DNA from: Verrucomicrobiota bacterium
Lineage (GTDB): Bacteria > Verrucomicrobiota > Verrucomicrobiia > Limisphaerales > UBA8199
Direction: 5' to 3'
NCBI GenBank assembly: GCA_003176045.1
Contig: PSRM01000182.1
Coordinates: forward strand, 11,298-75,297
DNA: 64,000 nt
The notes under the pieces are model-generated. The model was not told where the DNA came from. It saw nothing but the letters and a program-made list of their open reading frames with translations, and ran no database searches. This document shows positions 27,346 to 36,336 of the stretch, one piece after another. How positions within the stretch are numbered: the first letter of the stretch is position 1; every line of letters begins with the position of its first letter. Made by a program: the position numbers and the translations under genes.

Positions 27346-27590
27346 TGGGGGCGCGGGCATCTTGCCCGCGAGAGTTTGACCCTTCTAACCCGAAGCAGGA
27401 AAACGAAAGCGGCGGGATGCGCCGCACTCCAAACGCTCTGCGACTTCGTGAGCGCGTCCTGCTGCGCGAAGCGTTTGGAGTGCGCGGCATTCCCGCGCTT
27501 TCGTTTTTTATGAGTAACTTCAGCAGCTTCGCAAAGACCCAGGCGGGCTGTCCCTCAATTAACCAATTAACTTAATTAACTTAGTTAACA
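27346..27590. repeat. REP-like palindromes and TTAACT-based 9-mer array downstream of purL
   Basis: GCGGGCATCTTGCCCGC; AAAGCGGCGGGATGCGCCGCACTCCAA...TTGGAGTGCGCGGCATTCCCGCGCTTT; AATTAACCAATTAACTTAATTAACTTAGTTAAC. Confidence 0.7.
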
Positions 27591-27599
27591 TCTTCCCTT

Positions 27600-30200
27600 T
27601 TATCCCATCGCCCGCGCGATAGCGTTCCACCACCGGTCGTAAAGGTCAGCAACCGGCCACTTGAAGGCACCCGAATCGGTATGCATCTCCAGGTCTTCAC
27701 CGCCAACTATGCCAATCCATGCGGCTTGAACGCCGAGAAGTTTGGCGCGCTCGACTGTCTTGACGGCATCGAGAGGAGCTGTCGAGATGATGATACGGCT
27801 CTGAGTCTCCCCGAAGAAGAGGGCGTCGAGGCGCACCACAGCCGCAGGCGTTTCGTTGGTGGGGGCGGCGCTCTCGCCAAGGGTTCGCGCGGACAAGGCT
27901 GTCCGCGCTCCTAGATCCAGTTGAGCCCCGATCAGCCGGGGAGTATCGCGGGCAATCTGATGGCTGATGCAACATTCCGCCAGGGCGATGGCGAGGCCGC
28001 CGTCGCTACAATCGTGGGCGCTTTTGACGACGCCCGTGTGAATGAGTGAACGGAGCACCAGGTGAAGATCTTTTTCCTTCTCCAAATCACACCGTGGAGG
28101 CGCGCCCGTCTTCAAGCCGTGCATGACCTGGAGATAGGCCGAACCGCCCAGCCCCTGCAACGGATCGCTCTCATCAACGGCCTGGCCAAGTAGAATGATT
28201 GCATCGCCCTCATCTTTGAACCATTGCGTTGTGATGTGCTCGCCCCGCTCGATCAGACCCACCATGGCAACTGTGGGAGTAGGATCAATCGGGCCGGCCG
28301 GGCTTTGATTGTAAAGACTAACGTTACCGCCCGTGACCGGTGCATTAAAAACGCGGCAGGCTTCGGCCAGGCCGCGCACCGATTCGCGTAACTGCCAGAA
28401 AATTTCCGGATTGTAAGGGTTGCCGAAATTCAGGTTGTCTGTCACACCCAGTGGCACCGCACCTGAGCAAGCCAGGTTCCGCGCCGCCTCGGCCACAACG
28501 ATTTTGCTGCCCTCGTACGGGTCCAAATAGACGTAGGTCGCGTTACCATCAACTGTAAGGGCCAGCAGTTTTTCCGGCGATGCCTGTCCGCTCTCTGTTC
28601 TCTGACCTCTGTTCCCTGTTTCCTGAACCCTGAACCCTGAGCCCTCCGCCTCCGTGTTGCGTGTTGTGTGTTCCGTCTGGGCCGCTGACGCCGGCAGCGA
28701 GTCCGCCTTTATCCGCAGCACCGCGGCATCAGAGCCCGGGCAAACCGCCGTGCCGTCGCGCACCATGTGGTCGTATTGGCGATAGACCCAATTCTTGGAA
28801 GCGACCGTTGGCCACGCCAATAAAGAAAAGAGTGCCGCCACCGGATCCTTTTGGTCAGGAATGGAAGCCAGTGTGAATTCGCGGACAGATTTGATGTATT
28901 CCGGCTCGCGCGCCTCGCGTTGGTAGAGGGGCGCTTCATCAGCCAGCTTCTTTGCGGGGATATCCGCGACGACCGACCCGTTATTGCGAACCAGCATGCG
29001 CCCGGTATCGGTTACGCGACCAATTTCGGCCCACGGAAGGTCCCATTTATCAAAGATGCGCTTTACGTCGTCCTCGCGCCCTTTTTGAACGATGATCAAC
29101 ATGCGCTCCTGCGATTCGCTGAGCATGATCTCGTATGGGGACATGTTCGGCGCCCGCTGTGGGACCCTGGAAAGATCAATTTCGATGCCATTTCCCGCTC
29201 GTGCTGCCGTCTCGCACGTCGAGCAGGTCAGCCCGGCGGCGCCCATGTCCTGGATGCCTGCGACCGCGCCCGTGGCCAGCAGCTCAAGGCACGCTTCGCA
29301 CACCAGTTTTTCCATGAACGGATCGCCAACCTGCACTGCGCCACGCTGTTGCTGAGCCGATTCCTGCGTCAAATCCTGCGACGCAAAGGCTGCTCCTGCC
29401 AAACCGTCCCGGCCGGTGGCCGGCCCAACGTAAAAAACGGGATTGCCCACTCCCTTTGCCGCGCCGCGCACGATTTGATCGTGGCGCAACACTCCCAGGC
29501 AAAACGCATTCACCAATGGGTTGCCCTCGTAGCACGGATCGAACGCCACCTCCCCCGCAATCGTGGGAATGCCGAAGCAGTTGCCGTAGTGCGCGATGCC
29601 AGCCACGACGCCCGCGAACAATCGCCGGTTGTGTGCGAGGGTCGAGCCGCCTGCGCTGCCCTCTGGCGCGCCGAGGGGTCGAGGGTCAAGGGTGGGAACA
29701 GCGCCGAACCTTGAACCTTGAACCTTGAACTTTGAACCTTGAACTTCAGACTCCGCGAGGTCGGCTCCAGGTTTCACATTTTCCGCGATCGAACCAAAGC
29801 GCAGGGAGTTAATGGCGCACACCGGCCTGGCCCCCATAGTGAAAATATCGCGAATGATGCCGCCAACTCCGGTGGCCGCGCCCTGGAAGGGCTCGACAGC
29901 GCTTGGGTGATTGTGCGATTCAATTTTAAAGGCGATGGCCAGACCATCCCCGATGTCAATGATCCCCGCATTCTCCTCACCGGCGCCGACCAGTATCCTG
30001 GGAGACCTCGTCGGAAAAGTTTTAAGCAGAGGCCGGCTATTTTTGTATGAGCAGTGCTCGCTCCACATGACCGAAAAGATGCCCAGCTCCGTGTAGCTCG
30101 GCTCGCGGCCAAGGATAGCCTTTAGCCGTTCATATTCCTCAGGGGCGAGGTTGTGCTGGCGGACGAGGTCGCCGGTGATAGCCGGGGAATCAGATGACAT
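27600..30200 (-). CDS. purL: Phosphoribosylformylglycinamidine synthase subunit PurL with three repeat-derived insertions
   Basis: [68 protein letters not shown]. Confidence 0.97.
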   Translation of the reverse strand: MSSDSPAITGDLVRQHNLAPEEYERLKAILGREPSYTELGIFSVMWSEHCSYKNSRPLLKTFPTRSPRILVGAGEENAGIIDIGDGLAIAFKIESHNHPSAVEPFQGAATGVGGIIRDIFTMGARPVCAINSLRFGSIAENVKPGADLAESEVQGSKFKVQGSRFGAVPTLDPRPLGAPEGSAGGSTLAHNRRLFAGVVAGIAHYGNCFGIPTIAGEVAFDPCYEGNPLVNAFCLGVLRHDQIVRGAAKGVGNPVFYVGPATGRDGLAGAAFASQDLTQESAQQQRGAVQVGDPFMEKLVCEACLELLATGAVAGIQDMGAAGLTCSTCETAARAGNGIEIDLSRVPQRAPNMSPYEIMLSESQERMLIIVQKGREDDVKRIFDKWDLPWAEIGRVTDTGRMLVRNNGSVVADIPAKKLADEAPLYQREAREPEYIKSVREFTLASIPDQKDPVAALFSLLAWPTVASKNWVYRQYDHMVRDGTAVCPGSDAAVLRIKADSLPASAAQTEHTTRNTEAEGSGFRVQETGNRGQRTESGQASPEKLLALTVDGNATYVYLDPYEGSKIVVAEAARNLACSGAVPLGVTDNLNFGNPYNPEIFWQLRESVRGLAEACRVFNAPVTGGNVSLYNQSPAGPIDPTPTVAMVGLIERGEHITTQWFKDEGDAIILLGQAVDESDPLQGLGGSAYLQVMHGLKTGAPPRCDLEKEKDLHLVLRSLIHTGVVKSAHDCSDGGLAIALAECCISHQIARDTPRLIGAQLDLGARTALSARTLGESAAPTNETPAAVVRLDALFFGETQSRIIISTAPLDAVKTVERAKLLGVQAAWIGIVGGEDLEMHTDSGAFKWPVADLYDRWWNAIARAMG

Positions 30201-30507
30201 CGATTAAGTGGCTGGTAATCCAAATGTCTAATTGTTGGAATCTGGTTTTCAGCCGTTGTTTGAGGTTAGTAATGAATTCTCTACTCCCGGCGGAATCTGG
30301 GACATCGAGAATCAGCCGGGTGTTATTATCCCGATAAATCACACCACTCTCTTGCCAAATGCCGCGAACAATCTGATTCTCCCATGAAACACCATGAAAT
30401 CTGGCCTCCAATTCTTCAACTGTCTGCCACAGTAGTGACTCGGGAACAGGTCGCCCGTCGTTAAACTGAAGCGGAAGCAGAATCTCGTACCGTCGGCGTA
30501 CGCTCAT
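30190..30507 (-). CDS. Hypothetical 105-aa protein inserted between purQ and purL
   Basis: [16 protein letters not shown]...G.W...G..YRD...RFQQ..IWIT; overlaps both neighbours. Confidence 0.7.
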   Translation of the reverse strand: MSVRRRYEILLPLQFNDGRPVPESLLWQTVEELEARFHGVSWENQIVRGIWQESGVIYRDNNTRLILDVPDSAGSREFITNLKQRLKTRFQQLDIWITSHLIDVI

Positions 30508-30749
30508 GCGGACGCCGCAGGTTCGGGCTCTGTCGGCGAGCTTGCGGCTTGCCGATTGAGGAGAAGAACACGCTCGTAAGTCGCCGGTCCTTCAACTGAA
30601 AATGCAATTCCTTCGCTGGCAAGATATGTCAGTGCGGGTTCCGGGACCATGACCTCACCAGTGGACCAGCTTTTTCCCGAAAACCTTCCCAGCAAGTAGC
30701 CAAGGGCTCGCCGCCGAATTTCAACGCTGGGAAAACGAACTATAACCAT
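30504..30749 (-). CDS. Hypothetical 81-aa protein, partner of 30190-30507
   Basis: ATGA overlap with the downstream ORF; RALG.L.GRFS...GE..VP..AL..LA.EGI.F.VEG. Confidence 0.65.
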   Translation of the reverse strand: MVIVRFPSVEIRRRALGYLLGRFSGKSWSTGEVMVPEPALTYLASEGIAFSVEGPATYERVLLLNRQAASSPTEPEPAASA

Positions 30750-30758
30750 GCCCCAACT

Positions 30759-31499
30759 CTAAGCGCACACCGGTCTTTGTGCAACAATTGGTGCGCTGGG
30801 TGAACCGTTCCTTTGTAATGCCCCAACCATACTTTCAAACACCAGCCGCCCATCCGCAGAACCCAAAATGCTTTCGCTGGCTCGTTCCGGATGGGGCATA
30901 AGGCCGGCCACATTGCGAGCTTCGTTGCAAATCCCGGCAATGTTGTCCAGTGAACCGTTTGGGTTGGCCGCATCCGTCGCTTCACCGGCGGCGTTGACGT
31001 AACGCCAGAGGATCTGATCATTGGTCCTGAGCCGCGCCAGCGTATCATCGTCCGCAAAATAACAGCCCTCGCCGTGAGCGATTGGAACACAGAGAAGCTT
31101 CTCTGGCGGAATGGAGTTGGTGAAGGGAGAGTTGGCGGTGATGGTCTTGAGAAAGATATGTTCGCATCGGAACTGGAGCGATCGGTTGCGGACCAATGCT
31201 CCGGGCAGCATCCCTGCCTCGCATAGAATTTGAAAGCCGTTGCAGATCCCCAGCACCAAACCTCCCTCCGACGCAAACGACCTGACTGCTTCCATCACCG
31301 GACTGAACCGCGCGATGGCGCCGGTGCGCAGGTAATCTCCGTAACTGAATCCTCCGGGGATAATCACGGCGTCAGGCTGCCCTAATGAGCTTTCTTTATG
31401 CCATAAGAGCCCGGCTGAATGGCCAAGGACATTCTGGAGGACGTGGACCGCATCCTGATCACAGTTGGAACCGGGAAATTGGAGAACCGCGAACTTCAT
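30759..31499 (-). CDS. purQ: Phosphoribosylformylglycinamidine synthase glutaminase subunit PurQ
   Basis: [41 protein letters not shown]. Confidence 0.97.
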   Translation of the reverse strand: MKFAVLQFPGSNCDQDAVHVLQNVLGHSAGLLWHKESSLGQPDAVIIPGGFSYGDYLRTGAIARFSPVMEAVRSFASEGGLVLGICNGFQILCEAGMLPGALVRNRSLQFRCEHIFLKTITANSPFTNSIPPEKLLCVPIAHGEGCYFADDDTLARLRTNDQILWRYVNAAGEATDAANPNGSLDNIAGICNEARNVAGLMPHPERASESILGSADGRLVFESMVGALQRNGSPSAPIVAQRPVCA

Positions 31500-31517
31500 C
31501 TCATTTATTCTCCAATG

Positions 31518-33419
31518 TCAGGGTGCCTTTTCTTTCCTGCGGTCCAGCAGGCGCTGGAGCGTTGCGGGCAGAGGCGCGGGATTAGTGGCCATGATGGAAC
31601 AGAGGCCGGCGGGAAATTGAGGCGACTCCAGCCAGTTGGCCAGCAGGTCCATCTCGATGGAGGTAAGGCCCACAGAAGATTTGCGGGCGAAGCTCAGGCG
31701 GTTGGTGTCGGCCAGTTTGATCTCCGTGGCCGCGTAGGTAAGATTGGTCAGGTTGTTCAGGATCCAGTTATAGCTAAGCGTCTCGTCAGATACCCGCAGG
31801 CGTTGGCGATCAAATATGATGCGATAAACGTCGTCCAGGTAGCGCCAGTGCGAAAGGCGGGGGCCGGTCCGTTCCCAATCGTAATACACCAGGTCCGGAG
31901 CCAGAGCCAGGTGGTCCAGGAACTCCATGGGAATGCTTCGATTGGTGCGAATCACGAAAAAGTCCGGCCCAAAACCGCCGTACAGAAACTGTGTGGATGC
32001 TGGACTATTGGATGGTTGGATGGTTGGATTGGCGGAGTTGGTAACTACTTGGAGAAATGGGGTGAAGTGGGGCACACCATTCCAAACCAGTTTATTGGGG
32101 TTGTTTGTCTCAAAGGCAAACGAGCCGTAGGAAGAATGAAGGAGAGGATTGACCGTCTGAATCAAAGCAGGCGCGAGGACACTGAAAAGGTTGGAAGCCT
32201 GATCCGACGCCAGGGCGAAGTAGTTGTAGAGCGGGAGGCGGCCGTCGTCCCAGAAGAAGGCCTGCGGCACGGAGGAAGATAGCAGATGGAAGATGTCAGG
32301 TGCGGATGGTTGGTTGGATGGATTGCTTGGGGAGGGCTGGGATGCTGAAATGCTGGAATGTTGGAATGATGCAAGGAGAGGACCCAGGCCGCGGACACTA
32401 GTGAACCCGACGAGGGCGCGGGTGATGAGGTTTGTGGGCACAATCCAGGGCGGGAGTGCCATACCGAGAGATTGAGGAAAGGTGAACTCGCCACGGGTGC
32501 GGACCGAGTCGCCATCGCCGAAGATACGGAGAGTGACGAGCGGGAGGATCGGGAAGACCGTTCGAGGGTCGGAGCTTGGAGCGTGGAGCGTGGTCATTTT
32601 GGCGAGGTCGAGGTCGCCTTCGAGCCAGAAATTGGTTTGAACCAAGCCGCCCGGCTCATTCTGCGAATGGGAGGGGTGAGGGGATAACCAGTCAGTCGGC
32701 AAAGGGCTGCGGTTGCTCTGGATGCGCGACTGGATTTCGGAGAGAAGAGGGGAGGAGGATGAGGAGGAGAGGGTGAGGAGAGACCAGGGGCTGAGACGTG
32801 AAACGTGAAACGTGAAGCGTGAAACGGCAGTCGTGGTCTGTGGTCCGTGGTCTGACAGCAGATTTGTGATCGCCTCTGCGAGAATCGGCGAATTGGATTG
32901 CCAGAGGGCGGCGCGGGCGTCGTTCAGGCGGATGGCCAGGACGCTTTCCGGAGGCTGGTTGGCGGAGAATTGACGCAGCTCCAGGTAGGACTCGGAGAGA
33001 ACGAGGTCGTCCAGGAGGGGGCGGATGCTGGATGTTGGATACTGGATACTGGATGGGGCGGTGTTCGACGAAGTGGACGACAAAGTGTCCTGCGGTCTTG
33101 CGAGAAAGGCGGCGATCTTATCCAGAGTCTGGGCTTCAAGGCGGGCGGTCTCGATTTGCCGCCAGAAGCGCATCAGGCCGGCGGAGTTAGTGTCGGCGGC
33201 GACGCCGTCTTTGCCCAGCCAATGAATGCGGGCAATGACAGGAGATTGCGCCGCGGTTTGAGCCGGCGCAGGAGAGCCGGATTTACCGCAGCCGGAGACA
33301 AGGCAGAGAAGGACCACAAGACCACAAGACCACGAGACTACTGACCACGGACCACAGACCACGGACCATGGAGGACGGTTCAAACGCCTGCCTCCCTGAG
33401 AAAACCCGAGACATCTCAT
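31518..33419 (-). CDS. Hypothetical lipoprotein with many repeat-derived low-complexity inserts (start uncertain)
   Basis: Lipobox LVSGC; long open frame; peptides WSVVCGP, SIQYP, SRFTFHV, LHAP and NPTIQP correspond to tandem arrays. Confidence 0.7.
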   Translation of the reverse strand: MRCLGFSQGGRRLNRPPWSVVCGPWSVVSWSCGLVVLLCLVSGCGKSGSPAPAQTAAQSPVIARIHWLGKDGVAADTNSAGLMRFWRQIETARLEAQTLDKIAAFLARPQDTLSSTSSNTAPSSIQYPTSSIRPLLDDLVLSESYLELRQFSANQPPESVLAIRLNDARAALWQSNSPILAEAITNLLSDHGPQTTTAVSRFTFHVSRLSPWSLLTLSSSSSSPLLSEIQSRIQSNRSPLPTDWLSPHPSHSQNEPGGLVQTNFWLEGDLDLAKMTTLHAPSSDPRTVFPILPLVTLRIFGDGDSVRTRGEFTFPQSLGMALPPWIVPTNLITRALVGFTSVRGLGPLLASFQHSSISASQPSPSNPSNQPSAPDIFHLLSSSVPQAFFWDDGRLPLYNYFALASDQASNLFSVLAPALIQTVNPLLHSSYGSFAFETNNPNKLVWNGVPHFTPFLQVVTNSANPTIQPSNSPASTQFLYGGFGPDFFVIRTNRSIPMEFLDHLALAPDLVYYDWERTGPRLSHWRYLDDVYRIIFDRQRLRVSDETLSYNWILNNLTNLTYAATEIKLADTNRLSFARKSSVGLTSIEMDLLANWLESPQFPAGLCSIMATNPAPLPATLQRLLDRRKEKAP

Positions 33420-33473
33420 GCACATAGAGTCGAGCCTTTTACACAAAAATGGTTCCGGGAGCAAACCCAAAGC

Positions 33474-33556
33474 ATTTTAGATTTAGTCATTTTAGATTTT
33501 AGATTTACCGAAAAAGCCCGGGTCGGCTTCTTGCATCCAATCCAAAAACCAAAATC
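33474..33556. repeat. Heptamer arrays 3' of four-helix-bundle gene 1: (ATTTTAG)n, then TCCAA/CCAAAATC
   Basis: Directly visible; the outer array is the reverse complement of 33982-34013. Confidence 0.85.
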
Positions 33557-33557
33557 T

Positions 33558-33926
33558 TCAATGTAAATTAGCCTTTGCCGTGTTCAGTGAACTGCTGAAG
33601 ATGGCACAAAGCTCGTCCGCTTCTTTCCATAGCGGCTGAATTCGAGCAGGTTTCATGAGGCCGCTTTCCATTAGGACCTCCAGCCAGAAGGCGCTCTCGT
33701 CGGCTTCCTCAAGCACGGTCCCCATCTTGGCAATGAAATCCGCCTTTGATTTCGCACGGCAAACGGCGCGATAATTGGCGCCTACGGACGAACCAGCTTT
33801 CATTAGCTGATTCCCGATTACCTTTCCCGGCTCATTCCTCGGCAAGGCAAGCACGAGCTTGATAATTCGCAGTGCAAACTTCTTCGTTCTGGCTTTCATC
33901 TCTGTCTCATTCATAGGTTTTTTCAT
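33558..33926 (-). CDS. Four-helix-bundle protein (TIGR02436 / 23S rRNA IVP family)
   Basis: RTKKFAL, NQLMKAGSSVGANY, RAKSKADFIAK, EEADES.FWLE. Confidence 0.92.
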   Translation of the reverse strand: MKKPMNETEMKARTKKFALRIIKLVLALPRNEPGKVIGNQLMKAGSSVGANYRAVCRAKSKADFIAKMGTVLEEADESAFWLEVLMESGLMKPARIQPLWKEADELCAIFSSSLNTAKANLH

Positions 33927-34013
33927 TTTGGATGTTGGATTTTCTGCTCGCTAGCAAATCGCTAAACGCAGTTCTTTTTTCAATCTAAAATCTAAAATCT
34001 GCAATCTAAAATC
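33927..34013. repeat. Heptamer arrays 5' of four-helix-bundle gene 1: TTGGATG units and (AATCTAA)n
   Basis: AATCTAA AATCTAA AATCTGC AATCTAA abuts the stop codon of the upstream gene. Confidence 0.85.
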
Positions 34014-36218
34014 CTATCTCCCCTGCCTCAGTCTGGCCACTATCGCGAGCTGGGCGTTGGCGTCGTTGGTGCGGCCTTTGGTGAGGAGGGCGTAGGCCAG
34101 ATTCTCGCGGGCGGAGAGGTCGGTGGGGGCCAAATCCACCGCGATCCGGAGCTGATCAATGGCATCGTCCACGCGCCCAGCCGTGCCCAGGGCGATGCCG
34201 AGGTTGCGATGCGCGCCGGCAAAGTTGGGCATGAGTTTGACGGCTTGTTCTGAGTGATAAATGGACTCGTTAAGGCGGCCCTTCCGGAACAAGGCCAGGC
34301 CGAGGTTGCCGTGCGCGAGGGCGTAATCCGGGTCGGCGTCCACGGCGGCCTGGTATTCGCGGATGGCGTCGTCTTCGAGTTGGGAGATTTGGCTGCGCAA
34401 CCGGGCTTGTTCGGCGGGGGCAAGTGTTTTAGGCAGGAGAAGCCTGAAAGAGACAGCTTTTTGGTTGAGTTCGGCGGCGAGATTTTGGTGGGCGAGCGCA
34501 TTGTCGCGGGTGACGGCGATGGCGTGGCCATAGAGCCTAAAGGTGTCGTGCCAGACCTGTACCTGGCCGCGTGAGAGCACACAGCAGACGGAAAGAGCCG
34601 CGACAGCGAGAGCCCCGGGCGTGAAACGTGAAACGTAAAAGGGGAAAGGGGAAACGCGATGCGCCGAAGGATGCTGCGGGCCAGCAGAACCTTGAACTTT
34701 GAACCTTGAACCTCGAACTTTGAACTCAGCAAAAGTCCAAACGACGGCGATAAATATCCCAATAAGCGGTATATAAGTGTAGCGATCGGCGTGGGCCTGG
34801 GCTCCGACCTGAAGCAGGCCGATGACTGGCAGGAGGGTGATAATGTACCAGAGCCAGCCGACGGCAGACCACGGACCACATACCGCAGTCCAAAGGCCTC
34901 GATCATACGCTAACGGCGACCCCTGAACCTTGAACCTTGAACCTTGAACTTTGAACAGGATCCAAAAGGCCGCAATGGTCAGAAGCAGCCCAACCAAGCC
35001 GAAGGCGATTGTGAGCAAGAGAGAGAAGGTTTTTGGGTAGCTGTAAAAGACGGCGAGGCGCGCGGGCCACACGGTCTGGAAGAGGTACTCGAGGTAAGAG
35101 TGGATGGCGTTTTCGAAGCGATAGAGGACGGAATAACGGGCGCCGGTTTGAAGCGCGCCGGCTTGTTTCTGGGCGATGATGGTGACGATGCCGGCAGCGA
35201 AAGAAAGGGCGAAGAAGGGAAGCTTCTCTAAAACGAGACCACTGACCACTGACCACTGACCACCCCGCCAGCGCGGTTCTGAGCAAGAACTTTGAACCTT
35301 AAGCCTTGAACCTTGAACTTTGAGCTGACTTTCGGGCGCTGGGGGATCGAAACCTTGGACTTTGGACTTCTTGTCCGCCGAAGCTTTAGCGAAGGTGGAG
35401 GGACTTTGGACTCGGTTGAGCGGCCAAAAATCCAGCAGTAAAAGCACGAGTGGAAGAGTGACAAGCATGGTTTTGCACATCAGGCCGAGGGTGAAGAGTA
35501 AAAGGGCGCTGAGGTACCAGAGCAAAGGCCTCTGAAACTGGCGAATTAGGAGAAAACCTTGAACCTTGAACTTTGAACCTTGAACTTTGAACTCGCTCCA
35601 TCGCCCTTCGCCGCTCGCCACACAGTTCGAATATGCAAGCACAGTCAGAAGGAAGAACAACGTGGAGAGCGTGTCCTTCCGTTCGGCCGCCCATGCAACG
35701 GACTCGACGTGGAGGGGGTGGACCGCGAAAAAGGCGGCCACAAAAAAGGCAGGCCACGGCGGAGATGGAATGATGGAATGGTGGAATGATGGAATAGCGG
35801 ATGAAAGCTGAAGGAGGAGGAAGAAGAGTAATAGCGTGTTGCCGGCATGGAGCACGAGACTGGTGAGATGGTGGCCCCAGGCGGCCTGGCCGAAGAGTTG
35901 GCAATCGGTCATAATCGACAGCCAGGTGATGGGGTGCCAGAATCCACCTTGGAGAGTAGTAAACGCCCAGCGGAGATTGTCCCACGCAAGCCCGCTCAAG
36001 ACGTGGGGATTGCGGTAAATGTAGGTGGGGTCGTCGTAATTGACGAAGCCATTTCGGAACAGGGGCCAAAAAGTGCCGGCGGTCAGGAGCAACAGCAACA
36101 AAGCGAGGATCAGAGGATGCCCATCGCGGAACGGCTTCAAAAGCGACTTCAAAACGAGGGAGAGTTTAGCAGAAGCAGGAAACCGCGAAATGCGCGAAAT
36201 ACGCGGAACTGGAGACAC
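34014..36218 (-). CDS. TMTC-like (GT-C fold) integral membrane protein with C-terminal TPRs and numerous repeat-derived loop inserts (start uncertain)
   Basis: NYDDPTY, HPITWLS, HPLHVESVAW..ERKD, LEKLPF, ADRYTYIP, W.D...L, TPRs (AHGNLG, AHRNLG). Confidence 0.85.
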   Translation of the reverse strand: MSPVPRISRISRFPASAKLSLVLKSLLKPFRDGHPLILALLLLLLTAGTFWPLFRNGFVNYDDPTYIYRNPHVLSGLAWDNLRWAFTTLQGGFWHPITWLSIMTDCQLFGQAAWGHHLTSLVLHAGNTLLLFFLLLQLSSAIPSFHHSIIPSPPWPAFFVAAFFAVHPLHVESVAWAAERKDTLSTLFFLLTVLAYSNCVASGEGRWSEFKVQGSKFKVQGFLLIRQFQRPLLWYLSALLLFTLGLMCKTMLVTLPLVLLLLDFWPLNRVQSPSTFAKASADKKSKVQGFDPPAPESQLKVQGSRLKVQSSCSEPRWRGGQWSVVSGLVLEKLPFFALSFAAGIVTIIAQKQAGALQTGARYSVLYRFENAIHSYLEYLFQTVWPARLAVFYSYPKTFSLLLTIAFGLVGLLLTIAAFWILFKVQGSRFKVQGSPLAYDRGLWTAVCGPWSAVGWLWYIITLLPVIGLLQVGAQAHADRYTYIPLIGIFIAVVWTFAEFKVRGSRFKVQGSAGPQHPSAHRVSPFPFYVSRFTPGALAVAALSVCCVLSRGQVQVWHDTFRLYGHAIAVTRDNALAHQNLAAELNQKAVSFRLLLPKTLAPAEQARLRSQISQLEDDAIREYQAAVDADPDYALAHGNLGLALFRKGRLNESIYHSEQAVKLMPNFAGAHRNLGIALGTAGRVDDAIDQLRIAVDLAPTDLSARENLAYALLTKGRTNDANAQLAIVARLRQGR

Positions 36219-36267
36219 GAATTACACTAATTAACACGAATTCGTGCCAATTAGTGTAATTCGCGTC
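36216..36267. repeat. Inverted repeat pair CACGAATTACACTAATT...AATTAGTGTAATTCGCG
   Basis: Hairpin-forming; a close relative is at 61921-61972. Confidence 0.75.
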
Positions 36268-36336
36268 TTCCAGTCTATAATTTTTCTATCCCGAAATTTT
36301 CTGTCAGTTCAGTTTTCGTGTGTGTCTGCCGGTCTC

